Shown one piece after another: positions 12,821 through 27,625 of a stretch of 64,000 bases of DNA; the stretch's first letter is position 1, and each line of letters starts with the position of its first letter. The translations under genes and the position numbers were made by a program. Source of the stretch: Sphagnum compactum (lineage: Eukaryota); assembly GCA_965153455.1 (NCBI GenBank), contig OZ234493.1, forward strand, positions 34,152,213 to 34,216,212. Direction: 5' to 3'. The notes under the pieces were generated by a model. That model saw only the letters and a list, made by a program, of their open reading frames with translations. It was not told the DNA's origin and did not search any database.

Positions 12821-15338
12821 ATGGATGTACCTCTTCTAATCGATGAAGATGGTGTTTCTTTTTTTCATGATCCTTTTACATCATCCCCCCCTCCACTGTT
12901 TTCTCTTGGTATTTCTAATTTGTCACAACTAGATGATGATGATGTTGTTATGTTCTTTAGAAAAAATTTCACCTCCCCAAAAAAGGTTTGCCTAATGTCC
13001 ACCCTTTTAAAGAAGGTCTACATACTGTGAAATGTAAACCAGAGTCAAGAAATGAAACAATGACAACTAGAAAATTTCAAGACTCGTGGGCTACTAGCTT
13101 CCTTGGGTAGAACTATGTGTAAGGCTAGATGGCAGTCTGCATACTATCAAGTGCAGAATTTGTAATGAAGTGGAAGGGGAAAATAAAATGTTATATGCTA
13201 AGTGGGATTCTTTGGCCAAGCATGTAGGTCATAAAAAGGCTACAAAGGATATTAGGACTGATGGGAAAAAAAGGGATTAGTATTACTATAAGGTTTGCAA
13301 GCATGCCAAGAACCAAAAATTGTTTGTTTTTCATGGCCGTGAATTTATTGCTACTCAAGTTGCACATGGTGTGGTTAGAGAAAATGCGAAGAAAGTGGTC
13401 CAATTTGCCATTGTGTTGCATTTGTTGTAGCAAGGATGTCCTATGCTAGAATATGAAGCATTGAAACCTTTGTTTAAGTTCCTATAGGTGCCAAAAAATA
13501 GCAAGGAACACTAGAATGATAACTTTGGTTGGACAATAGCAAAGTTCATGTACCAAGAGATTTCGAGGGTAACTAGCGCAATAGTGCGGGTTGCTTGCTA
13601 TGTGGCTTTCAACTATGATGAAGTTCTTATAGTGTATAACTAATCTTGGTTATTTGTGCATTGTTATGTAGTGCAAAATTAAGTTAAGATTCTAATCCTA
13701 ATTTCTTTGGACCGAATTGTTAAAGGATTGGGGAGTGATAATTTGACTAAGGTGATTATGGAGGCTTTTATGATAGGTGGTGGTATGCCAAGAAACCAAA
13801 TTGCCCAAATTTTGATTTGCTTTGGGGCAGATGATGTTAATGTATTTCAAGGCATTAAAAGTGGTGTTGCAAAGCAAATCAAGGAAAATTATGCTTCTCA
13901 TTTTATTGGGGTCTATTATATGGCCCACCGCACCAATTTGGCAATGCAAACCTTATTAAGACTACCTCTGGTGATCCAACTTGAAAATCTATTACAAACC
14001 TTGCATTCATACAAGTTTGCCCATTCACCTAAAAGGCAGTTGGAGTTCACAAAACTTGCAGAACTCATGCAAACAAAAGGAAATAAAATCTTCTGGAATG
14101 TGAAAACTAGATGGATTTCTATGTTGAGCCTCACCAAAATAATGATGGCAAAATATAGGACTCTATTGGTGAAGATGGCTTTGGATAGTCCTACCAATCA
14201 ACAAGTCAAGTTGAATTATGAAAACTTGTGTGACCTTCAAGTTTTGCTTAGGCTTGTTTGTATCTTGCCATTGTTGCAATCTATCCATGCCCTCATTAAA
14301 TTTGCACAAATGAGGGATCTCTATGTGTGTGATCTAGTGGTAGTTATTCAAGTAAATCAAGGTGACGTATACATGATGTATTGTGATGAAACCTCCAAGT
14401 TCACAATAGACAACTTTTGGGCTTTCAAATCATTGTTGGAGTTCAAGCATGAGAACATCTAGGTGCAATGGGTACTTGACTTGAATTATGGTGTTCAGCA
14501 CTTGTCCTCTGAAGCAAATGGCCAACATATCTAGGTAGTGCATTGAGATTTGGAGACTAGCTTTCCATCCTATTTGACAAAAGATGTTTTTGCTATTGTT
14601 GAGTCATTGGTGAAAAACCAATGCAAAGGTAATGCCCTAAAACATTTCCATTTTTTTTGTGCTTCTTTTTGTTGATTTCTTTCATTTGTTTTTTTCCTGT
14701 TTATGTAAATGTATGGTTTTTGTGTGGTTTGGCAAGAGCTACAAAAAATTTGATGGAGCTAAAAATTAGGTTTCCAGCCCATGGTGTCATGAATGTTCTT
14801 GGGATTATGTATCCCTATAATTAGCTACAACAAGACTGTGATGCATTTTTTGCCAATCACCTTCTGGCTCTTAAAATAGCTTTTTATTGTGGCAAAACAA
14901 TACGCAAGGTGGATGAACAAGAGGTTCAAATGCACAAGCTCCTATATGTTATTGATTTTGACTGCCAGCAAAGCATGTTCAAGCTCACAATGAAGTTAAA
15001 TGTAGTAGCTTGTATGGTGCCCCCTTTTGACACTAATTCGTTAACCAGAATGCGGCGCTTGAATTGTGACAACATCTTGGATATTAGTTTCCAGCTTCCC
15101 TAAGTATGTCAAATTGGCTGAATTGGCCATGATATAAATAATATGCAGCATGGAGGATGAGAAATGCTTCTCAACTCTAGCTTTTATGAAGTCAAAGCTC
15201 CACAACAAGTTCACTACTCATCTCCCAATTGTTGTGCGCATGTTTGCATAACAACTTTACACTTTGAAGAATTTCTCATATGTTGAATGTATTGAGTAGT
15301 GAAAAGCAACACAACATCACTACTGCTTTGATGGTTAA
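12821..15338 (+). pseudogene. Degenerate hAT transposase (ZNF862/Tip100-like)
   Basis: Motifs across stops and frameshifts: KFQDSW..., IKCRIC...AKWDSLAKH (Zn finger), DEV...SWLFVHCYVV (first D), FGADDVNVFQG (second D), YMAHRTNLA (degenerate CxxH), VKTRWISM, and SMEDEKCFSTLAFMKSKLHNK (hAT C-terminal dimerisation). Longest open piece is 13707-14462. Confidence 0.85.
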
Positions 15339-18300
15339 GGTGCAATTGTTTTGTGGAGTTGTTGGTAGTGTTTCCACAATAGCAAAACCTTTTGTGGTTT
15401 GTTGAGTTGTGGGCTATGTTTATGTAAAGGCCAAAAAAATTTGGCCCTTTACAATGTGCTATTCTATTTGTTGAATTTAATGGTTATTTTACAAGTCTAC
15501 CAACTTTTGGACTCCAACTGCAAATTTTTTTCTTCTTGCATTAATTTGTGAAGTTGGAATTGTATGCTAACTTGATTGACGCTATAGGTCACTTGTGTTG
15601 GAAAGGCCAATTTCAAGAGTTCAATTCCCCCACAAGTGCTTGTGTTCACTAATGTTAGGAGTTACTTTTAATGCATTCAAATGAATCAATATCCTTGAAA
15701 ATTCTACAGTCTGCCCCCAAGCAGTTGCCAAATTCTAACAACAACATTTTACACTTCGCCATATGAGCTCCAAATATAATTGTTTAATAACCAAAAAACT
15801 CTATGTTCATTTTAGATCTAGTGAACTTTTTTCAACCAACAATTTTGTGAAGGGGTCAAATAATTCTCCTGGAAAATTGAAGTGGCAGCCAGGTTTATAT
15901 AAATAAAATACTAGTGGGGCCATAAAGAACTCTTACACCAGCTTGCTTTTAGCAAGAGCAGCACCAACTGTACATTAGAGGGTTTCAGGTGGCCACAATG
16001 GCTACTTTGCAAAAATGAAAAAAAACACTAGTACTAGTAAACAAGACCCAATCCCCAAAAAAGTAAAAGTTGGGGGGAGACTTCTCCCCCAACTTTTTTT
16101 TTCTTCATAAAAAATTAATCACCAAATTTTGGAATTAGTTTGACCTTGTGGCAAATTTTTTCCCAAAAAAACACTGAAATTCGATATACTTCATACAATC
16201 CCAAGAATTTCAGGAGTTTCATAACCAGTTTTGAGGTCTTTTTCCAGTCTGTTTGTAAGTTCTTTCTTATGTATAACATGGGCACTGGTGGTCTAATATT
16301 TCCAATATTCAGGATTACTACTAATAAGCACCCTTGTCTTGCATAGTACATTAATTGATCAAATAGCATTTTAAAACTTATTATCTTCTTACAAGAAGAA
16401 TTGTTAAGGTCTCTTTTATTCAATTTTGTGACAATGTAGCTGAAGTGGCAATTATCTAATAAGCCAATTTAGCTATACTAGATAACCCTTCTATATTTTG
16501 AGCTAGCTATTGAAACTTAATATACAATCTGGTCAATTTTTTTAATTATAAAAATTATTTTTCAAAATTTGCCAACCTAAAAATCAATTTATTTTTCAAA
16601 AAAAATCACCATTTTGAAGAAAAAACTCATTTGTGTTTTCAAGGTCACAAAATCTGGAACTCTACACCTATTATTAACAATATAGTGTAAATTAAATACT
16701 GGTTCTCTTCATTGGTAGATAGATATCTTATTACATTTAAGCATTGTGGACATTGAACAACAAAAATAAAATAAACGAAGCGTGTGACTCCTTTCAAGGC
16801 CAGAGTGAAATGCACCCAATTTGGATGGCTGTTGGTAGGGTTTTCTTTTTGCCATTGGGCTCCTGTCTCCCAACTAACTCACCACCCGTGGTCAGAACTT
16901 AGGTTAGGTAGTCTATTCAATGTTCTACCTACTTGCACTTGCTATTTTATAAAAAAGTGGGTACTTTTCTTTTCTTTCTTTTACTAACATGCATGCATGC
17001 TTGCCTACCACCTACAGACTACCAACTTATTACATAATGGACTAGATACCCAACTTTTGGGCATTTGCAAATTAAAGTGTTCATAAATGAATGTCACTAT
17101 GTCAAATCTTTTTTTGCATTCTTAGGGATTGGAATGTCTCTCATGTCAAATGTTTTTATTAACCTTATGAAAAAGGACTTGTTCATATGATTCTTATGTA
17201 ATTTAGTGTGATATAAAAATGAAACCATTTGAAACTGAAAGTCAGACATCAAATGGAGGGGACTTTTTAAAACAACCAACTTATTATGTCACTATCTTTA
17301 TAAAAGTTTAAAATGTACTCACTATAATCATGCATTTGTAAGGAAATAACATCAATTTCTTTTCAAAAATCATAAATGTGATTTGCAATTCAAAATGAAG
17401 CTCTAAACCATTTTTTTAACATCATGGAAAAGTTTTATGAACTTTTAACAAGATAAAAAATCAACAAAAGGGGCATAGTTCTTGATGTCATGATTTTGTG
17501 ACATTAGAAAAAAAAAATTCACAAACATTGTAACATAGGCTATATTACATGGTCACTAATCATCATTTTTTGAAAAATATCAACTACTTTTACAAAAGCC
17601 ATGACTTTACAATATGAAAAGTATTATTAAAACTTCAAAATTTTGCCAAATTTACTGGTCCACATTAGCTTGTAAACACCCTTTTACCCACTAACTTGGC
17701 CCTACCTATATATGAGCCCATGACCTATCTCCCTACTATTACCTCCTACAGATTAGTGACAAACTAAACTAACAGAAACAAATTTAATGCCATCGTTGTA
17801 AAATGAAGGTGTTACAAAAATTTGGTCGTCCTTCACAATGATGATTTTAAATTAATCTGACACCACAATTTGTGAGGAACTCAACTATGGTGTCGTGGTT
17901 CTATAAGTTCTTGCAAACTTTTTTAAATGAAAAAAATGAAAAACAATGAAAAGTTAAAAACTCTTTGCAAAACATTAAAATTATTATTTTTATATAAAAC
18001 AATTCAACCCTTTTGCATTTCATAGTGTTTGGCTCCTCACAACATGTAATTATGCTACTTTAAAAAATTCTTAAAAAAAGGGGGTTGGTAAGAAGAAATA
18101 TCTTAAAAGCTTGTTTGATCATTTGTTTCCTTCATAGCTCAAGGAGCTTTCCCTTCAAACTACCTAGAAGCAAAGTTTCAAATAGAACTTGGCAATGGGC
18201 AACACAACTTAGAAGGCAACTTGTTGATTGCAATCGAAGGAATGCAACAAAAAAATGGGGGGTAACATCATGACTGTGACAACAATTTTTTTTTAAGGTG

Positions 18301-21300
18301 GGCTAAAGGTGGGTTGATAGGTAGGAAGGATGTAGTCAAGTAGGTAGGTAGTCCAAGGTGGACTAACCTAGGTGGGGTTGCAATTAGGGTTCATCCATGT
18401 GAGCTCAAAAAGAGGCAAAATGGGATGGTGTGTTTTGTCAATGTTGTGTCACATGGGACCATTGTCAACCTTGGGTAATGTTTTGTAATAAATCTAGATA
18501 ATGCAACTTGCAATCCTCAAGTCATAGGTTATCATTTTGACTATTTAAAAGTTTTGGTGATGTAATTTTGGATACCAATTGTGATAGGTACATCATTTAT
18601 TTAATGTAAAGGCCCATGTTATGCAATTATTAAAAACAATGACAAACCTCCAATGGCTATGTACTCAAGCATATATCCACTTAACTATTGGCAGAGAATC
18701 AAAAGGTCAAAAATATTTAAAGAATCAAAAGGTGTAGGAGCTCTTTTGGAGGCATAGGTGCAACATATTCTCACAGCTCAAATAATTGTTGGCATGAAAA
18801 AGTCCCACACTTTTGTGAACTCCAATAATTAAGGTTTCATAAAAGTGTGGCTAGTTTTTTTGAGGTGGGTATTCATGAATGGTGAATGGCAAATGTGGCA
18901 CAACATACACATCACATGGTCATGGAATTATCTACAAAAAAAATTGTGCACTACTATTATGACTACAAGTCCATAATTGTTAAGCTCCTATGCCACATTG
19001 GAAACTTCAGGTTCAAATCATGATGTTAGATTCTAAGGGTTTTGTATCATCACTTTCAAGTTGAAAGAGACTTATTTAGGAATGAGGAGAGAATGGAAAG
19101 TGATGGAGATTGGAATTTCATAAGTCTAATGAAAGGAAACCCTCAACTTTTCAACTAGTTTGATGTGCTTAAGAAAATTGGGGGAGGGGGAGGGGTGGAC
19201 ATTTGCGAAACTTACAAGGGATGATGGAAGGTTAATGTGCAAACTATGGCTAGGAGATGTGAAGGTTGCAATGTTCCAATTATGAGGTGGAAGCAATGAT
19301 GGTGTTAGTGCATCCAAAAAAAGACACCAAGTATTTTATACAAGGTCCCAATCTCATTTTTATATTGGAGTGTAGATGAAAGTGAAAAATAGTTGTGAGA
19401 GATAGAGATTAATGGTTAGATTTTGCAAATTCTAGCTAAGGTTGTAGCTTGCATGGGGTGTTGAGTATTTGCCAAGACTTGAAGTTGTCAAATATGCTAG
19501 TGGGTGCACATGGATAGGTCAAGATTGTTGCCTTCAACTAGGCAAGGACAATATATATGAAGATGGAATCAATTGGTCATTTGACCAATGCATGGTTGGA
19601 GCTTTTGAATGAACCTCATGCAAATGCATTAGATGTTCACATTAGGCACAATAATAATTTAGTGTTCATTTCATCCTTGTAAGCATTTCCAAACTCAACC
19701 GCAATGGACCATAAAATAGAAGATAAAATTATAATTTGTGAAAAATATCTCTTTGGATTGCAACATCTGCCACAAATTTGGGGTAAATTTTGTTATAGGT
19801 CATGCTTCAACTCACACTAAGCAATATTTTGTTCTAGGTCACAAAAGGGACTTTTTCAAAATAAAAATGGTAAATAATTCAAAGTTCCACATGAACTACC
19901 ATGATGAAGGGAACAACCACAAAAACACATGGATGTAGGGCATTAATTCACATTATTCAACTATCAACTTGATAAAAGAAGGAAATGGTGTTCACAAAGA
20001 TTGTTTACAATTAATTCACAATGTAAAAAGTTCATCAAGAATTTAAAGGACCAATTCAAAACCACCACCAATGTGGAACATGGGCAAGGTTTTTTAAACT
20101 AACAAATTATGGTATATAACTACCTTTTTTGGTTTAAAGATAATTGGCCTTGTAAGGAACCTTCACATTTGAAATTTGAAAAAGTTAGAATTGGAACTAG
20201 GTTTTTCAACGATTCACCCAAAAAAAAATCAAATTCAAACCAAAGGTTTTTTTTTTCAAATTTTCAAAAACTACAACCAAATCTTATTTCAAAAATCAAA
20301 TAAATGCACAACATTGCTAAAGATTTGCCAAAAACTTTCTAATATATTTGGGTGACACATGTTAAATTGAATTTTGACCTCCAATAAATGCTAAGGCCTT
20401 CCAATTTTGAAAAAGGCTCTTCCATTGTAGGGAAATATTATCTTTCGTTTTGTAAGAGGTATCTCCCAATTTTCCACAAGGGTCTTCCATTTGTTAGCCA
20501 AGTTTAACATGATCCACCTTGTGATAAAAAAAAAATCTCATCTATTGAAATTTTCAGCAAGTTTTTACATTTGATAAAGCCTTTAATAAAAGGAATTACC
20601 ATTGTAATTGAAAACTAGTTGATACTAACCATACCCTCAATTGATGTTAGATTTGATGTAAATGAATCAAAATTTGCAATGTTGAATTTTTTTAGAAAAT
20701 TCTCTTGATATGTTTGAACTTTTTGAAAAAATATACCATCATTTTGCTTAATAATTATTTTTAAAAAAACCTTCAATACATATTAAATAGGTAAAAATTT
20801 GAAAATACAATATAATCTTTTTAAAGGTTACTTGATTAATACAAAGTGTAGATTTTAAAAAACTAAAAATTGGTATGAGTTGTAATAAAATTATCAATGA
20901 ATAGGCATTGGAAATATGTGGTGTATGATTATTTTGTACCTATGCAACATATTTATAATAAGTCATATATAGAATTTCATAACATTTTACTAATTTTATA
21001 AACCATTGAAATGGAGATTCTAAAAGGAAGGGATTTGACTAATGGTTCACAATTGACTTTAGTTATGTAAACCAAATTTGACCCTCTGGATGTCAAAATC
21101 TTAAAATAGTTATTCATGGTGCAAAAGGCACCGAATACCCCAAAAAAAAATTTGACATTTGTGTGCCAAATCAAACATCAACTTGTGGTAATTGAAGTCT
21201 TTTGTGTGAAACTTTTGTAGTTGTGGCTTGCCCAACATGTCCATATACCAATGTTGGCTAGTTATTAAATTTTTTTTCATAATTGTTTGTTCCAATTCTC

Positions 21301-23149
21301 AAAATTTTAAAATTTAAGAACCAAACCAATTTTCACATTTAGAAAATACCATGTTCAATTTTTAATTTTTCCTTATGCCAATCATTTCTTTCACAACCAA
21401 TGCTTAACTCATTTAAATTAGTTAATTATATTAAGCTAGTTTTTTAAACTTCACTTTCAAATGTTAAGATTGAGATCTTCAAATGTTTTTTGAAAATTTC
21501 ATAGTCCAAAAGAAAATCCATCATTATTACAAAGCTTTAATATTTAAAGAGAACTATGTGGTCATATTTCAAACATGTACTACAACCAAAAAGTGGGGCA
21601 ACTACACACATACAATTGTTCAAGATATTTCAATATCATATTATTCTCTTACATTAGAATTCACATAACTCCACCATTGAATTGCATATTATATAAATGT
21701 TGTGTATCGTCACATTAACACATGCCACAAGTGTAACACGTGCTTAGTTTTTCACGTTTAGAAGCCACAATTTAATCTAGTGTTGAAAGTATAAGATTTT
21801 TTATATATATTATGGTTTATAATATATCATTGGACATGTGACTTAATCTAAAAAATATCCAATGAATAAAAGGATTTCAAAAGCACTCATTAAACACTAG
21901 AATGTATGTTTTTTAGCACTAAAAAGATTTATAAATGAACTTCAAAACTTTTGAAATTTACATATATCTTGAAATCATTTACATAAACCTTGACATAATA
22001 ATGTAAAGAAAATTTTAAGGAATTTTGAAAAAAAATTTAAAGGTTTTTTAAAGAATATTTTTAAAAACATTCTGCCAAAATTAGTCCCTTTAAGCAAGTG
22101 GGTGTGGCTCATGTTACCCCATTTGCACCTTGTTAATATGTTGGTTTGAAACTTCCATTATGATTACAGGCATTCAATTATATCAACACAGTCTGGACCT
22201 CCTTTCATATAGACTATCAAATCTTTAGGTGTGTTTGTTTTGACAAATTGATGCCACAAATTTTGATCACATACCCATCCAACCCTCAAAACCACAAATA
22301 TGAATTGCATTGAACATCACTCAAGGATGGTACAAACAAACATAACACCCAAACTCCTTGGCACATTACAATTGATTTTTAGAACTTAGAATTACCCATC
22401 GTAAAAAATAAGTATATTAAATTGGGCAAGAAGAACCACACACACATTAGCCATATGATCCCTTTGAACTTGTCATCGTTTCTATTGAATGCTTCTAAGG
22501 ACTCTACAATATCCAAACTTTTGTTCACTTTTTCACATGCACATTGAAAATTTGAAAGAGAGGCGAATAGAACTACAAACTACGTACAATGTGGGCATTC
22601 ATCCCATCATAAAAAACAAGTTACATTAAACTCCAAAAACATCTACAACATCATGTGCAACAAAAACACAATCCAAACAAAGGTAGAAGAAAATTTTAGT
22701 GTTTAGCTTCTATATGATCTTTTTTTATCTTGTTTCATTCCATCACCAATGTAACTGTAATGACACACATAGAAAACAAACAAGCAAGCATATCCCACAA
22801 ATTTTGCTCCTTCGTAACTTGTGCCATCATTGTCACCACCTCCACAAATTAAATCCAACTCCACTGAATGATAAAAGACAAAATACAAGTTGCTTTGTGG
22901 TGTTTAGTCATGGACATGTAACATATTTTGCACACTATAAATCTTAAAAGATAACTAAAAAATAATTTTGGGCTACAATACAAGACAAAAGATATTAAAT
23001 TAATCTTCTTTCAACTCATCTCACTCAAATGAGCCTTCAAATTCATATAACTCCTACTTTAAATCTAATTCAAAATCCATCAAATCTACCAAATTATTAG
23101 GAGCTTTGCAACCCATGCCACCCTTCCATCATTTGGTCAATCCTTATCA

Positions 23150-26100
23150 CAAAAATTAATTTATCAAAGTTATCTAATTGTTAATGGCATCTTTTCAATT
23201 TGGTGAAAATTTCAGCAAGGGAAATCATCTTTCAATTTCAATTTGAGAAAATATAGTCCCTAATATTTAATTACTAAAAGGCCAACAAATGGGAACATGG
23301 TTTCATGTTTCTTCCACCACTTTAAAGTGCATTTGATATCTTTTGGATCCACTTAATATTTATGAAATATGAACAATATTTGATTAACAAGGTTTTTTGC
23401 AAGTTTGTTGGTGTCGGCCACCATTTCAAAAATGTCCAAGCTCTTATTTTCATCAATTTTGTAAGCAAGGGAACTTTCAACCTCAAACAATGGATGTAAT
23501 TGATGATAAGACTTCAAGAGCATAGGAAATAAGGATTTCCTATCATATTTTTCAATTATGGCCATTGACCAATAAAAGGAAAGACTAATTTCAAACTCTT
23601 ACATCTAGGATCTAACATTAAGTTAGCATATTATGAGCCCTATCCTTATCATATCTTGTCAAGAAAGAAAGGAAATACTTAATCACCCCAATGACCTCCT
23701 TCTTAATGTTCTTTGCAAAAGTTCCTGACTCAAAAAATAAACCATAATCATCATCATCAATCAACACATCAGATAAAAGGAGATGGTTCATTGCTTCCTC
23801 TTGTTTCAAGCCCATAGATGTGGTTGCATTCAAAGCATCATTCAACAACTAATGACCCTTGGACTAGTTAAAGACGTAAGTAGTGACAACATGAAACAAA
23901 ATGCCTAACATAATCAATGAAATATCCCATGTGAATGAAAGGGGCACATGGCTAATGACACTAGGACCAACCTACTTGTAATAATAGAAGGCAATGGCTT
24001 CTTGGAATTGAAGAGTTTCCTAAAACATGATCATTTTGCTTGCAAACCTACACAATTTAATCTTACTAATCAAAAAGAAACATTTGAAGTACAAAGTTTC
24101 AAAACAATGAAAAGGAAAAAAAAAAAAAAAAAACTTTTATTTTACATTGTTTTTATTAGTGTGTTCAATTGTTTGGGCTTGAGGCTTGTAGTAATGCAAG
24201 CCTTCATCCATTCTTATCTTCCTTTCCTTGACATTTGAGGCCATGTAATACATCTCTACAAATATGACTTGGAAGATTTAATGGAAACATATTTCAAGCC
24301 CTTAAAGACTCTTTCTTTAGTAATTATTACATATTGATGAACCTTAGAGAAGGCATGTCCAAAGCAAGGCCCCCAAAAGTTTTCTATCATACCCAATGCT
24401 TCGAAACTTACTATTGATTTCAAGGTAGATCTCATGGTAATCATATTTGCACATTCAGTTTTAACATAAACAATGATATTTTTTGTCAAGCCATATTGTT
24501 CTGAAAGGTCTAGTAAACTTCTTGTCAATGTTTGTCAAATGCTTCAAATAAGAAAATTATAATGTGTTTAAGCATCCAATCTTCCCCCAAGAAATTCACA
24601 ACTAATGCAAAAACATTAGGTGCCATTTCAAAGATCCGCAAATCAAAACTTGTAATAATCGAAACACATTTTACCAAGACTAGTGAGAAATATGTTTGTT
24701 TTGTCTTCTTAAGCAAGTTTGGTAACATTTTTTAACTAACGGTGGTTACCTAAATTGTTTTTTTTTTGTACCTACCTACTAACAACCCCCAAGTAGGTTG
24801 TTAATAGGTAGGTAGTAAAAACAACCTTTACATATGTATAAATAAACCATCTACTTACTTAATAGTTATTATTTTCCTACCTACCTACCTATGCATGAAA
24901 CCTATTTCCTATCACAAAAGTTGGAATTTCTTGGCATTTATATATTTGATGGGGAGTTTGTCACCCTCTTGCATACACATTCCTAAGGAATTTACCACCC
25001 TCTTTCCATACCCTGGTGGTTTTGTAAGACTTGACATTTACATTTACATCAAGTACTTCGAAAAAACCTATAATGCACTTGGAAGGCACCTTATATCCCA
25101 TCAATTTCCCTCCTTGAAAATGGGAGGGATACTATGCGTACTACTCAAAAGTAGGAAGGTTCTTACACCTAAAAGTAGGCATAATATCCCTCTCACTCCT
25201 ACGCCTCATGATCTATATAAATTCAGTTCATGATAAATTTTTCTTCATGTTTTATGGTAGGTAAAGCCCATGGGTGGGGGACATTCCCAAAATGGGGGGC
25301 TAGACTTGGCGATTGTCTCATCCTAGACCCCTTATTTTGAGAATGTCCTTATCCTAGGGCTTTACTTTACACACGAAACTTGGAATGGGGAAATTCTGAA
25401 AAGAACAAATTAAATCTAAAACTATATCCAAACTCATCACTTTAAGAATTTTTCAAATTCTATGAACTTTACAAAAGTGGAAAGTCCCATTTTTAATCAA
25501 ATTGGGATCTACCCCAAATGGAAGGTGTTACCCAAATTTAAAAACATGTGACCTAATAGGTTGAAAATGTAAGCAAATTGTTAAACTTAACTTATTATTT
25601 AACCTAACCATATTTCTCTGTGTGTTATGAGTGTACTAAATTTCACTATAATGGCAATTTTGGTACAAAATAAAGTACGAGTGGAGTAATTTCACAATTG
25701 AACAAAGTGATGTTGTGATGATTTTTCTTACTATCTTCAAATGTGGTAGTTGATAATCTCTTGAGATCGTAAGGTTGGGCGGAAAATATCCTCCCATTGT
25801 TGTGCAAGAATCTTTTGCAATATTTTTGTACCTTGAGTGTTTGACAACTACTTCGTCGTTCATTTAGCCCTAACATGCAAAGAGAAGCAAATCATTTGGC
25901 TTAGTGGCCTAATTATGAGCTTGAAAAATTAATTATGAAAGAAATCATGTATCTCTTATTTGATTGAACCCAAAAGAAGCAAAGGGACGCCCCTAAATTT
26001 TACTTACTAACAAAATTTAAAAAATGGGTAATTGGTTTTACACAAAATTTTAAGTAAAACCCAAATGAATTTTCTAGTGAGCAATTTTGGACAAGATTGC

Positions 26101-26810
26101 AACTTTTGCAAGGTAGGTCAAAACTCACAAACCACACGAAAATTTAAAGAAGTGAATTCACCCACCCAAAAGAATCTTGATTCTTGCCTTCTTTCTCTAA
26201 AGGAGATAGAACAAAACAAAGGCTCAAATTCTAGTTTTTAGAAGGGAAAATAATGTGAGGGCATAACTACATTACTAAATGTTTTAGCCAAATACTATCA
26301 ACTACTTGAATGGGCAAATGGTTTTTGATAATTAATAAACCCAAATTCTTCACAAAATCTTTTTGGTGCACATTATCCTTTTTTAAAGGATATATGGCCA
26401 CATAAAAATGGAGATTTCTTTTGTATTCATTATAGGCCTTTTCTTTGTAAGTTGACTTTCCATTGAACTTTTTAGGTTGTTGTTCATTTCTTTCCCAATT
26501 TTTTTGACAATTAGTCCATGGTTTACATTCACATGTTTTTTTTTTGGCAATTATTCCATTGTTCTTGAAATATGAAATAAAACCTTTCCTTAACATTATT
26601 CTTTATTCCAATGTTGCATCACATGTTGGTCTATTGTAACACAATTGTAACACAATATACAACGCATGACCTATGGCACCTTAACATCAACTAGTGATTC
26701 ATTATTAACACAAAAATTGCCCTAATTGGATTTGTTTTGCCAAGAGATCTCCACTTTAACCTTTGTTCATGCAAGTTTTTCATAATTAATTCCATAGGAT
26801 CATCATTTTT
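23150..26810 (-). pseudogene. Degenerate hAT (Ac/ZBED-like) transposase, interrupted by a ~1.5-kb insertion (~24740-26230) and by the CACTA element at its 5' end
   Basis: Fragments: VMRCILCY...YFKNNGIIAKKKHV (BED finger, ~26670-26530), HLPIQVVDSIWLKHL, ITSFDL...FALVVNFLGEDW (first catalytic D), CFGHAFSK (CxxH) and WWKKHETMFP (dimerisation domain, ~23319). Many stops and frameshifts. Confidence 0.8.
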
Positions 26811-26854
26811 GATTGAGAGTTTGAAATTTCTTTACACTACTACATATTGTGCCC

Positions 26855-27380
26855 TTTTGCGAAGGGCCAAACAAAAAATCTGAAGGTTTTGCGAAAGAAA
26901 AACAAAAAACCTGAAAGGTTTGCGAAGGAAAAAAAATTTGCCAAATTTGCGATGCGTTCCACATTGCAACTTGTGGCGCACCATTCATCGCAAATTTAGA
27001 ATGAACCTTTAATCATCGCAGCACTTTTGCGAGATACACAACAAACAAAACTTTGCGATCCGCTCAGTCTCTGTCCACCGTAGCGAAATTCCACCCTTCG
27101 CAACGTTTAATCATACTCAAAACATCGCAACCTTTACAATACACAGAGTATCGCTACAGACTTTGAGATCCACAACACATCGCAACGTGCGGTATGTGGC
27201 GCCTCGCAGTTTGCGTTTCAATATGTATCGCAAACCTCATCACAAATTTTTACAAAACTTTTCGGTGGTGGACGTATCGCAAGGTGCGATGTGAGTTAGC
27301 TCGCAAAGTAGTGAAAGGGTTACTGGAGAAGGAAGTTTCGCAAAAGGGTTTCGCAATGTCATCTGATTCTCAAAACGCCA
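26855..27380. repeat. Left subterminal repeat array of the CACTA element (TCGCAA / TTGCGA motifs)
   Basis: Roughly 20 copies of TCGCA-like motifs in both orientations, e.g. TTTTGCGAA at ~26856 and ~26887, CATCGCAA at ~26986 and ~27123, TTCGCAA at ~27337 and ~27350. Confidence 0.85.
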
Positions 27381-27625
27381 TAAAAAAATAAAAAATCTTT
27401 TAGACCAAATGGAAGCTATAAATCCACTTAACCATTATTATAATCTATGTTGCCTTAGTAGACTGAGTGAAAATATCAATAAAGTACGCATAGCAGTGCT
27501 CCTATTCTTGAAAATAAAATTACACAATGGAGTAGAATAGGCAGAAAATGACACAATGAACATTGTGCAGTAATATAGAATCACAAGCCTCAATGGCAAT
27601 TTGCATAAAATTAATGAGTAGTACA

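Noticed and set aside
10602-16030. Possible full boundaries of the first hAT element (TAGTGTTTTTT ... AAAAAACACTA)
   Set aside because: The termini are similar but the 8-bp flanks (CAACACAC vs GTACTAGT) do not form a TSD, and similar termini occur elsewhere in the window.
18600-19330. Possible transposase relic
   Set aside because: Coding-like texture but no catalytic motif that I can identify.
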